DNA of 64,000 bases from an uncultured Eubacteriales bacterium (GTDB lineage Bacteria > Bacillota > Clostridia > Christensenellales > Borkfalkiaceae): the NCBI GenBank assembly GCA_900548285.1, contig URKE01000001.1, forward strand, positions 21,274 through 85,273, in the 5' to 3' direction. A model generated the notes under the pieces. The model did no database searches. It was given only the letters and a program-made list of their open reading frames with translations, and was not told where the DNA came from. Both the position numbers and the translations under genes were made by a program. Within the stretch, counting starts at the first letter, position 1. Each line of letters starts with the position of its first letter. Below are positions 9,797-17,495 of the stretch, piece after piece.

Positions 9797-9999
9797 GCCA
9801 TATAAAATTTTCACGACAAAAATATTTTCAAAGGAGAGAACAGTTATAAAAACTACATTAAAAACATTTCAATTCTCGTTCGTTTTGCAACGGCGAAGCC
9901 GTTATTTTTTCAACGGACGCAAGCTCCCTGCAAGGGCGAACGGAACCAAACGCGAAGCGGTTTGGTATAGTGAGTTATACCTACCGTTTTTCGGTAGGC

Positions 10000-10160
10000 A
10001 TGCGAACTATCCAAAAAGACAAGGGCTCCCGCAAAAAGACGAAGTATTTTTGCGGGAAGAGGAGCCGCAACGGCGAATACCGTCAACGGCAAAAGCGGTT
10101 GACGAAAAGCAAAGTTTGCGGCGACGAAGTGAGTTATACCTTTTTAGAAAAGGTATCGAA
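10000..10160 (+). other. Two copies of a pMV158-type oriT nick region (AGTGAGTTATACC) with flanking inverted repeats
   Basis: ggtatAGTGAGTTATACCtaccgtttttcggtagg at ~10003. aAGTGAGTTATACCtttttagaaaaggtat at ~10127. Compare the pMV158 oriT TAGTGTG/TTATACTTTA, recalled from the literature. Confidence 0.5.
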
Positions 10161-10179
10161 AACAGAGTCCACGGAGGTG

Positions 10180-11176
10180 ATGAATTACGTCGTATTTAGT
10201 ATGCCACATGGAGAAATATAAACATGCCGACGTTGTCGGAATTGAACGGGAAAACGAACGCGACGAGAATTATAAGTCCACGCGAAATCCGCAAATCGAC
10301 AAATCGAGAACGCACCTGAATTATCATACTTTACCTCATGAGAAGAAGTATCTTGCATTCATCGACGAGCGCATAAAAGAACTTGCTCCGAAACGTAAAA
10401 TTAAAGACGATGCGGTGCTTATAACGTCGTTTATTTTAGGTTCAGATAAAGAATTTTTCGACCGGATTACGGCAGAACAACAGAAACAATTTTTTGCCGA
10501 TTACACGGATTTTTTCTCTGAACGGTACGGCAAAGAAAACGTTGTATCGGCAGTCGTTCATTTGGACGAAAGCACGCCGCATTTACATTTAAATCTTATG
10601 CCCGTAACGGACGGCAGATTATGCGCGAAAAAACTTTTCGACCGAACCGCATTACGCGATTTGCAGACGGATTTTTACGAAACCGTCGGAAAGAAATACG
10701 GTTTGGAGCGCGGTAAAGAAGGAAGCACGGCGAAACACTTGGATACGGTTGCTTACAAGACTAAAAAGATGACCGAAGCCGCCGAAGCGAAGATTCAAGA
10801 AGCGGAAGAAACGCAAGCCGCCGCGAAACTGGCAAAGGAACTGCTTGAAAGTTACGAATCGGCAAAGTCTGAAAAGATTCCGTTTTCCGGAAAGAAAAAA
10901 GAAACGGAAATTATTGCGTTACGCACGAAAAACGGAGAATTACAACGCAAAAACGATATTCTCGCAAAAGATAACAGCGATTTATATGCGGAACTTAAAA
11001 AACACGAAAAAACGGCAACAACAAACGACGGCGCGGTAAGGCTGTTAAAAACATTGCTCGAATACGCGCCCGAAGAACTCGCTACGGCAAAGCAGGCGGC
11101 AAATCGTCGCCAAGAACAAGAGCGGGAGAAAAATCGCTCTCGCGGAAATTCAAACAACAAATTTAAAGGCAAGTAA
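10180..11176 (+). pseudogene. mob: mobV as a whole appears disrupted by a +1 frameshift near 10204-10210
   Basis: MNYVVFSM|PHGEI* in frame a versus EKYKHADVVGIEREN in frame b. Intact MobV proteins read MxYxVxRMxKxK continuously. Confidence 0.45.
10208..11176 (+). CDS. mob: MobV-family (Pre/Mob) relaxase, with the N-terminus in another frame
   Basis: HLDESTPHLHLNLMPV matches the HxDExxPHxH relaxase motif. The expected N-terminus MNYVVFSM is encoded at 10180-10203 in the -1 frame and terminates at 10221. Confidence 0.75.
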   Translation: MEKYKHADVVGIERENERDENYKSTRNPQIDKSRTHLNYHTLPHEKKYLAFIDERIKELAPKRKIKDDAVLITSFILGSDKEFFDRITAEQQKQFFADYTDFFSERYGKENVVSAVVHLDESTPHLHLNLMPVTDGRLCAKKLFDRTALRDLQTDFYETVGKKYGLERGKEGSTAKHLDTVAYKTKKMTEAAEAKIQEAEETQAAAKLAKELLESYESAKSEKIPFSGKKKETEIIALRTKNGELQRKNDILAKDNSDLYAELKKHEKTATTNDGAVRLLKTLLEYAPEELATAKQAANRRQEQEREKNRSRGNSNNKFKGK

Positions 11177-11407
11177 GTGAATCTTGCCGAACGGAAACAT
11201 AAGTGTCGGCATTTTAAGAGAAGGTATGATACCGAGATGAAAGTAAGTAAAAAGTAAGCCCGACCTGTTTTCAAATCGCATTCATGCGAGGCTGAGAAAA
11301 AATTTAGAAAAAGGAGCCATAAAAATGAAAAGAAAACTGAATATGAAATTTAACGAATAACTCTATCGGAGGGGAAAAGCACGAGAAAGCGAAAGAACAC
11401 TACGGGT

Positions 11408-11596
11408 ATGACGGAAAGCGACTTTAATAATGTTTCGCGAACATTGTTAAACGCGATCCGCAAATTTTATGAAAAGGAAGAGAATATAAAAGCGTTTAAA
11501 ATATGGCAAGCCGAAAGGCAAAAATTACAACTTAATAATAAAAAATTACTAATGAATAATTCTTTTGACGAACAAAAGGATGTCGCTAATACATAG
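11408..11596 (+). CDS. Hypothetical small protein (62 aa)
   Basis: ORF followed by a good terminator (cggcgtgtgag...ctcgcacgccgcttttcgttt, 11643-11685). Weak RBS. Confidence 0.3.
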   Translation: MTESDFNNVSRTLLNAIRKFYEKEENIKAFKIWQAERQKLQLNNKKLLMNNSFDEQKDVANT

Positions 11597-11754
11597 GCGA
11601 CAAAATCGCCGTATTTGAAAAACGGTGGTAACAAAACAAAAACGGCGTGTGAGGTAAATTCTCGCACGCCGCTTTTCGTTTAATAAGTCTTTTTAAAGTG
11701 TATGATAAAGGCGAATCCGTCTCCTAATGGAAACGGGTTCGCCTTTAACTTGTT

Positions 11755-11829
11755 TGGTGACCCCTACGGGATTCGAACCCATGATACCGCCGTGAAAGGG
11801 CGATGTCTTAACCGCTTGACCAAGGGGCC
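11755..11829 (-). tRNA. tRNA-Glu (anticodon TTC), CCA encoded
   Basis: Reverse complement GGCCCCTTGGTCAAGCGGTTAAGACATCGCCCTTTCACGGCGGTATCATGGGTTCGAATCCCGTAGGGGTCACCA folds as a cloverleaf with a GTTCGAATC T-loop. Confidence 0.85.
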
Positions 11830-11884
11830 TTATTCAGTTGTATATCGCAATGCGCTTTAAAAAAAAGAGCAGTTGTTATCATCT

Positions 11885-11960
11885 GGTAGCGGCGGTCAGA
11901 TTCGAACCAACGACCTGCCGGGTATGAACCGGCCGCTATAACCAACTAAGCTACGCCGCC
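11885..11960 (-). tRNA. tRNA-Met (CAT), elongator-type
   Basis: Reverse complement GGCGGCGTAGCTTAGTTGGTTATAGCGGCCGGTTCATACCCGGCAGGTCGTTGGTTCGAATCTGACCGCCGCTACCA. G1-U72 pair. Resembles Bacillus elongator tRNA-Met. tRNA-Ile2 (lysidine) identity not excluded. Confidence 0.75.
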
Positions 11961-12004
11961 ATAAAAATTCGTAAGCAAGCAAACATGTCGCTTGCTTACT
12001 ACAG

Positions 12005-12081
<77 letters not shown>

Positions 12082-12107
12082 CCGTCAAATTGCTTGTTAA
12101 TAATACT

Positions 12108-12145
12108 ATATAAAAAAACATTTGTCAAGGGTTTTAAAGGGATTT
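12108..12145 (-). promoter_or_regulatory. Promoter for the tRNA operon (TTGACA-17-TATAGT on the minus strand) with AT-rich UP region
   Basis: Reverse complement reads cttgacaaatgtttttttatatagtat. Confidence 0.4.
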
Positions 12146-12294
12146 TTTTAAAAAATATTTTTTTCTTTTTTGCTTGTTTTCTTGTTTAAAAAACGCATTA
12201 TTGTTATAATGTTAATATGACGGTCGATTACGGCTGAACGTTTTAAAATTCAGCCTGTATTACAAAAAAACGTGGCAGAGGAGCGTATTAATCG

Positions 12295-13605
12295 ATGTTG
12301 AATTCCGATTTATTCATAAAAGGAGAAACGATTGCGGTCGCATTGTCGGGCGGGAAAGATTCCGTCTGTCTTTTCGATTTGCTGCTTTCGAAGTGCGAAG
12401 AATTCGGAATAACCGTCAAAGCAATCAACGTCGACCACGGAATACGCGGCGAAACTTCCGGGAGGGACAGTTTGTTTGTGAAGAATCTTTGCGAGAAGAA
12501 GGGTATTCCGCTTTTTTTCCGCAAAGTAGATTGTCCCGGATATTCCGCGGCAAACGGTTTGTCGGCGGAAGAGGGGGCGCGCGCGTTAAGATATAAGGTG
12601 TTTAACGAAGCGATTGACGGCGGTTTTTGCGATAGGGTGGCGACCGCGCATCATGCGGGCGACCGCGCCGAAACCGTTCTTTTCAATTTATTTCGCGGTA
12701 CGTCGCCGCTCGGTATCGTCGGAATAAACGACGTCACGCCGGACGGAAGAATAATCCGCCCCATTCTCGGTGTCGGGCGGGAACAGATAGACGCTTACGT
12801 AAAAGAGCGTAAACTCGATTACGTGGTCGATGAAACGAATTTTATGACCGATTACACGCGTAATTTCGTCAGGCTTGAAGTTCTGCCGCTTATAAAACAG
12901 AGGTTTCCGGAGGCCGAGAAGAGTATTCTGCGTTTCGCCGACACCGTAAAGGACGACGAAAACTACCTGCGAAGTCTTGCCGAAAAATCGTTGACGGAGA
13001 AAAACGGGGAAGTGTCTTTTCCGATTGATTTGCCAAAGCCGATTTTTATGCGTTCCGCCACGCTCGCCATGAAAAAACTCGGGATAAAAAAGGATTACGA
13101 AAAAATTCATCTCGAATCGGCGTATTCGCTGAAAAACGCCGAGAACGGAAAGTCGGTAACGCTTCCGAAAGGCGTCGTTGCGGTGAGGGATTACGGAAAG
13201 ATAACTTTTTATAAAAAAGAGGAAAAACAAGATTTCGAAAAGCCGTTTTCGCTCGGTGATTTTGATTTTCAAGGCAAGACGTACCGGTTTGAAATTGTTG
13301 ACGATTGCAATGCAAAAAGGGTTGATAATCGACTTATAGCCGACTTTGTTAAGATTCCGCAGGGCGCGGTTTTAAGAACGAGAAAGCCCGGCGATACGTT
13401 TGAAAAGTTCGGCGGCGGCGCGAAAAAACTGAAAGAGTACTTTATCGATAAGAAGATACCGGAAAGGGAGAGAGATAAAATTTTACTCCTTGCGAAAGAC
13501 AAAAAGGTATTTATTATTTGCGGAATTGAAATTTCCGACGCTATTAAAGTAGACAAAGCCACAAAAAATGTGTTACAATGTAGCATATACGACAACAGGC
13601 ACTAA
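12295..13605 (+). CDS. tilS: tRNA(Ile)-lysidine synthetase
   Basis: SGGKDS PP-loop, 436 aa. Conserved tilS-hpt order. Confidence 0.9.
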   Translation: MLNSDLFIKGETIAVALSGGKDSVCLFDLLLSKCEEFGITVKAINVDHGIRGETSGRDSLFVKNLCEKKGIPLFFRKVDCPGYSAANGLSAEEGARALRYKVFNEAIDGGFCDRVATAHHAGDRAETVLFNLFRGTSPLGIVGINDVTPDGRIIRPILGVGREQIDAYVKERKLDYVVDETNFMTDYTRNFVRLEVLPLIKQRFPEAEKSILRFADTVKDDENYLRSLAEKSLTEKNGEVSFPIDLPKPIFMRSATLAMKKLGIKKDYEKIHLESAYSLKNAENGKSVTLPKGVVAVRDYGKITFYKKEEKQDFEKPFSLGDFDFQGKTYRFEIVDDCNAKRVDNRLIADFVKIPQGAVLRTRKPGDTFEKFGGGAKKLKEYFIDKKIPERERDKILLLAKDKKVFIICGIEISDAIKVDKATKNVLQCSIYDNRH

Positions 13606-13620
13606 GGAGAAGCAAGAGAG

Positions 13621-14163
13621 ATGTACAACGAAGTTTTGGAAAAAACGCTTATCACCGAAGAACAGATACAAAAGAGAGTGACCGAACTCGCTAAACAGAT
13701 TGAAAATGATTATGCCGGCAAAGCGCCGGTGATCGTCGGTGTTCTTAAGGGCAGCGTTCTGTTTTATACCGATCTTATAAGACAAATCGATTTGCCGTTG
13801 ACCGTTGATTTTATGTCCATTTCCAGTTACGGCGCGGGCGTGAATTCTTCGGGCGAAGTTAAGATTATCAAGGATATCGACGGAAAAATCGGCGGAAAAG
13901 ACGTAATAATCGTCGAGGATATCGTTGACAGCGGCTATTCCATGAACTGTCTTTTGAAACTTTTCGGAACACGCTCGCCTAAAAGCGTTAAGGTGTGCGC
14001 GCTTTTAGATAAGCCGTCGAGAAGAGAAATCCCCGTGAAAATCGATTATACGGGATTCCAGGTCGCAAACGAATTCGTTGTCGGTTACGGTCTTGACTAC
14101 GACGGGCTTTATCGCAACATTCCGTTTATCGGTGTGCTTAAAAAAGAAGTTTACGAAAAGTAA
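13621..14163 (+). CDS. hpt: Hypoxanthine-guanine phosphoribosyltransferase
   Basis: VIVEDIVDSGYS PRPP-binding motif, 180 aa. Confidence 0.9.
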   Translation: MYNEVLEKTLITEEQIQKRVTELAKQIENDYAGKAPVIVGVLKGSVLFYTDLIRQIDLPLTVDFMSISSYGAGVNSSGEVKIIKDIDGKIGGKDVIIVEDIVDSGYSMNCLLKLFGTRSPKSVKVCALLDKPSRREIPVKIDYTGFQVANEFVVGYGLDYDGLYRNIPFIGVLKKEVYEK

Positions 14164-14200
14164 AAGATCGGGCTTGTCCTGCTTTGAATATTGTTTTATC

Positions 14201-14232
14201 GCCGCCCGCGGAAATCCGCGGGCGGTTTTTCT
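14201..14232 (+). terminator. Intrinsic terminator after hpt
   Basis: gccgcccgcggaaatccgcgggcggttttt. Confidence 0.7.
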
Positions 14233-14313
14233 GCTTTAATACTGTCGAAAAATGGCGAATAATCGACTTATAGGCTTGTTTTTCATCGCGTGAGCATATG
14301 TTTGCGCATATGT

Positions 14314-14475
14314 TTAGTTGTTAAAAACGTTATTCGTGTTTGTCGATGAATTGTTGTTGCAATTATAAGCCGTGGAGGATAAAAGCGCGAGAAGAAGCAA
14401 AACCTGCGTAAGGTTGATATATCCGTCCGCATACAAAAGATAAAGCAAACCTAAAAGAACTATGTTGGAATTCAT
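14314..14475 (-). CDS. Small hydrophobic protein (53 aa; N-terminal TM, Asn/Ser/Thr-rich tail), divergent from the ArsR regulator
   Basis: GGAGG 5 nt upstream of ATG. MNSNIVLLGLLYLLYADGYINLTQVLLLLALLSSTAYNCNNNSSTNTNNVFNN. Below the 60-aa cutoff of the ORF track. Confidence 0.4.
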   Translation of the reverse strand: MNSNIVLLGLLYLLYADGYINLTQVLLLLALLSSTAYNCNNNSSTNTNNVFNN

Positions 14476-14661
14476 AATACCTCCGAAAAAACAAAATTCT
14501 CTTTTATTATACCTTATGCGACAAAATTCGATTTTATGTTCCGTTGACTGTAACGATCGTTAAATAGTATAATTAAGACAATAAAACGCGGGCGATAAAT
14601 GATGAATAGTTTATATGAACGCTCCTGCATAATATGGCAAAAAAAATTGAGAGGTGGAAAA

Positions 14662-15003
14662 ATGGGTTGCGCAACGCTTGTAATTGATAAAAAGACGTTC
14701 GACATGGTGGGAGATTATCTTCCTTGCGAAGAAGTTTTAGACGATCTCGTCGGGTTCTTTTCGCTGTTTTCGGATAAAACGCGGCTGAAAATTCTTTGCG
14801 CGCTGGCGATTTCGGAAATGTGCGTGACCGATCTCGCGCTCACGATCGGGCTGAACCAGACCACGCTCAGCCATCAACTCAGAATTTTGCGTTCGGTCGG
14901 CGCGGTGAGCGTGAGAAGAGAGGGGAAAATCATCTATTACGGAATAAAAGACGAAGTGATAAACGACGTCGTTTTTAAAGGTATGGATTTTTTAAGCAGA
15001 TAA
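14662..15003 (+). CDS. ArsR/SmtB-family metalloregulator
   Basis: HTH with ELCVxDL-type metal site (ISEMCVTDLA), 113 aa. Promoter TTGACT-18-TATAAT at 14546-14574. Confidence 0.75.
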   Translation: MGCATLVIDKKTFDMVGDYLPCEEVLDDLVGFFSLFSDKTRLKILCALAISEMCVTDLALTIGLNQTTLSHQLRILRSVGAVSVRREGKIIYYGIKDEVINDVVFKGMDFLSR

Positions 15004-15110
15004 AATTTCACACGATAATTCACAACGACGATACAACAAGAAAAATCAATAAAAACGACAATAAAAAAAGCGTTTGTTCAACGCTTTTTTTAATATGTGG
15101 ACTTATTGAA

Positions 15111-16058
15111 TTATCTGCATTCGTCCGCTTTTCCCGCGCAGCCGAGAACGTCGACGAGTTTGTGTTCTACGATCTTCTGAACGTTCGTTCTCGCGTCGCC
15201 GAGGTATTGTCTGGGATCGAAATGGTCGGGATGTTCAACCATATGCTGACGAACAGCCGCAGTGCAAGCCATACGAAGGTCCGAATCGATGTTGATTTTG
15301 CAGACAGCCATCGTAGCGGCTTTGCGAAGCATTTCTTCGGGGATACCGATCGCGTCGGGCATTTTGCCGCCGAATTCGTTAATCGTTTTGACAAATTCCT
15401 GCGGAACGGACGATGCTCCGTGCAGAACGATGGGGAAGCCGGGCAGGCGTTTGCCGACTTCTTCGAGAATATCGAAACGAAGTTGCGGTTTCTGACCGGG
15501 TTTGAACTTATACGCGCCGTGCGAAGTTCCGATGGCGATTGCAAGCGAGTCGATACCCGTTTTGGTCGCAAATTCGTAAACTTCGTCGGGATCGGTGAAC
15601 ATGGCGTCGTCGGAATGAACTTTAACGTCGTCCTCGATGCCTGCAAGTTTGCCGAGTTCCGCTTCTACGGTAACGTTTCTGTCGTGAGCGTAAGCGACCA
15701 CTTCTTTGGTTATCTCGATATTCTTCGCGAATTCGTATTTGGAAGCGTCGATCATAACGGAAGTGAAACCGTTGTCGATACAACTCTTGCAAAGGTCGAA
15801 GCAGTCGCCGTGGTCGAGGTGAAGCACGATGGGAAGACCGGAGTCTTCTTCCGCGGCGAGAACGAGGTGTTTAAGATAAATGGGATTAGCGTATTTTCTC
15901 GCGCCGGATGAAACCTGAAGAATAAGCGGAGCGTTCTGCGCCTTACCGGCGTTTACTATTCCCTGAATGGTTTCCATGTTGTTTACGTTGAATGCGCCTA
16001 TGGCGTAACCGCCTTTATAAGCCATTTCAAACATTTTCTTAGAGTTGACAAGTGGCAT
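15111..16058 (-). CDS. fba: Class II fructose-bisphosphate aldolase
   Basis: Start MPLVNSKKM with GGAGG RBS. HLDHG and SHGAYK motifs. Confidence 0.9.
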   Translation of the reverse strand: MPLVNSKKMFEMAYKGGYAIGAFNVNNMETIQGIVNAGKAQNAPLILQVSSGARKYANPIYLKHLVLAAEEDSGLPIVLHLDHGDCFDLCKSCIDNGFTSVMIDASKYEFAKNIEITKEVVAYAHDRNVTVEAELGKLAGIEDDVKVHSDDAMFTDPDEVYEFATKTGIDSLAIAIGTSHGAYKFKPGQKPQLRFDILEEVGKRLPGFPIVLHGASSVPQEFVKTINEFGGKMPDAIGIPEEMLRKAATMAVCKINIDSDLRMACTAAVRQHMVEHPDHFDPRQYLGDARTNVQKIVEHKLVDVLGCAGKADECR

Positions 16059-16250
16059 GATTCGTCCTCCGTGAATAATTTTTTTCGGTATCATTATACA
16101 CTTTTTTTTTGTCGTCTGCAATCGATTGAGGGGAGTTGCCGTCCGATTTTTTAAATTTTGGACAACAAACGCCAAAACGTCGCCTTTTTCGCGGAAAAAA
16201 GTTTACAAACACGCGAAAATCATATATAATGATATACGTAAAGTTATACG

Positions 16251-16351
16251 CTTGACGATTTTTCGGCGCGTAACGCGATTAATCCCGCGCTTGACGATTT
16301 TCGGCGCGTAACGCGATTAATCCCGCGCCCGATATTTTCGGCGCGGAACGG
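16251..16351 (+). repeat. 2.6 tandem copies of a ~39 bp unit (CTTGACGATTTTTCGGCGCGTAACGCGATTAATCCCGCG) in the manA 5' UTR
   Basis: Direct reading. Each unit carries a TTGACG -35-like hexamer and a GCGCG..CGCG dyad. Lies between the TTTACA-17-TATAAT promoter and the manA start. Confidence 0.8.
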
Positions 16352-16362
16352 AGAAAACGGAA

Positions 16363-17316
16363 ATGTCCGAAAAAATTTATAAACTATACCCCGAGTGCAA
16401 GGATTATCTCTGGGGCGGAGAAAGACTGAAAACCGAATACGGAAAAATTACCGACAAAACGCCTTGCGCCGAAAGTTGGGAACTTTCTTATCACAAAGAC
16501 GGACCGACGAAAATCGTCGACGGAAGATATCTCAAAGACGTTCTCACCGAAGAGGATCTCGGAGCGAACTGCAAAAAGTTTGAGTTTTTCCCCGTACTTA
16601 TTAAACTCATCGATGCAAAGCAGAATTTGTCCGTGCAGGTTCACCCGTCCGACGAATACGCTTTGAAGAACGAAAATTCTTACGGCAAAACGGAAATGTG
16701 GTATATTGCGGACGCGGCGGAGGGCGCGGGAATTTATTGCGGATTCAGACGCGATACCTCGAAAGAGGAGTTTTTGCGTTATCTCGACGAGGGAAAAGTC
16801 GAAGAGTTGCTCAATTTTATCCCGGTGAAAAAGGGGGAGAGTTATTTCATTGCGTCGGGAACGGTGCATGCGATCGGCGCGGGGTGCCTTATCTGCGAAA
16901 TTCAGCAGAACAGCAATTTAACTTACAGGGTTTACGATTACAATCGCCGCGGCGCGGACGGAAAACCGAGAGAACTTCACGTTGATAAGGCGGTTAACGT
17001 AATAAACTTCGGCAAGTATTCGCCCGCGGTTTTCGACGATAAAAATAAAAGCGGCGAACACGACGACAATAAAGACGAAAAAATTATTGCGGAATGTAAA
17101 TATTTCCGAGTGAGAGAGATTAAACTCCACGGCGAAACGAAGATAGATAACGACAGGAGTTTCACCGCGATAACGGTCGTTTCGGGCGAGGGAAAAATCT
17201 CGGGCGAAAATTTTGAGGAAAACTTCGGAAAGGGCGACAGTTATTTCATATCCTGCGCCGCGACGGCGACTTTAACGGGAAAAGCAACCGTTATAGCAAC
17301 GGATATACCCGAATAG
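16363..17316 (+). CDS. manA: Mannose-6-phosphate isomerase, class I
   Basis: Type I PMI motifs QVHP, GESYFIASGTVHA. 317 aa. Confidence 0.85.
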   Translation: MSEKIYKLYPECKDYLWGGERLKTEYGKITDKTPCAESWELSYHKDGPTKIVDGRYLKDVLTEEDLGANCKKFEFFPVLIKLIDAKQNLSVQVHPSDEYALKNENSYGKTEMWYIADAAEGAGIYCGFRRDTSKEEFLRYLDEGKVEELLNFIPVKKGESYFIASGTVHAIGAGCLICEIQQNSNLTYRVYDYNRRGADGKPRELHVDKAVNVINFGKYSPAVFDDKNKSGEHDDNKDEKIIAECKYFRVREIKLHGETKIDNDRSFTAITVVSGEGKISGENFEENFGKGDSYFISCAATATLTGKATVIATDIPE

Positions 17317-17495
17317 GCGGCTGTCGCAACGGATATACCGGAGTAGCCGGGCATACCGGAGCAGCCGGTTGCGCCGGAAAAGTTTTTCACTGATTTTTTC
17401 GGTTTATATCTCGCAATTTTTAATTAACCGATATATAATAATTCACAAACAGAGGAATGCGGGTAGGGGATATCCGCGAAACAAGGAGTTATATT

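Larger units (their letters stand above)
2770..11700. mobile_element. Integrated mobilizable element-like island: serine recombinase + R-M module + oriT/MobV
   Basis: Co-occurrence of a large serine recombinase, MobV-family relaxase with pMV158-like nick sites, a restriction-modification cassette, AT-rich cargo and an adjacent tRNA cluster. The boundaries are inferred and not mapped. Confidence 0.45.

Noticed and set aside
9885-10221. ORFs 9885-10199 and 9970-10221 upstream of mob
   Set aside because: They cover the oriT inverted-repeat region. Arg-rich translation, no RBS. The second is just the displaced N-terminus of the frameshifted mobV.
15162-15911. Long antisense ORFs inside conserved genes (e.g. 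15162-15911 in fba, 18870-19544 in lon, 34033-35070 in murC, 40532-41218 in clpB, 29691-30410 and 29978-30364 in the Mur ligase gene, 12688-13272 in tilS, 49103-49990 in wzy)
   Set aside because: They are fully overlapped by well-supported genes on the opposite strand. They have no RBS, and amino-acid composition typical of GC-rich antisense frames (Arg/Ser/Phe-rich).
16251-16351. CRISPR array (short direct repeats at 16251, 30318, 27459)
   Set aside because: The repeats are directly adjacent with no unique spacers and no cas genes nearby. They are tandem duplications.
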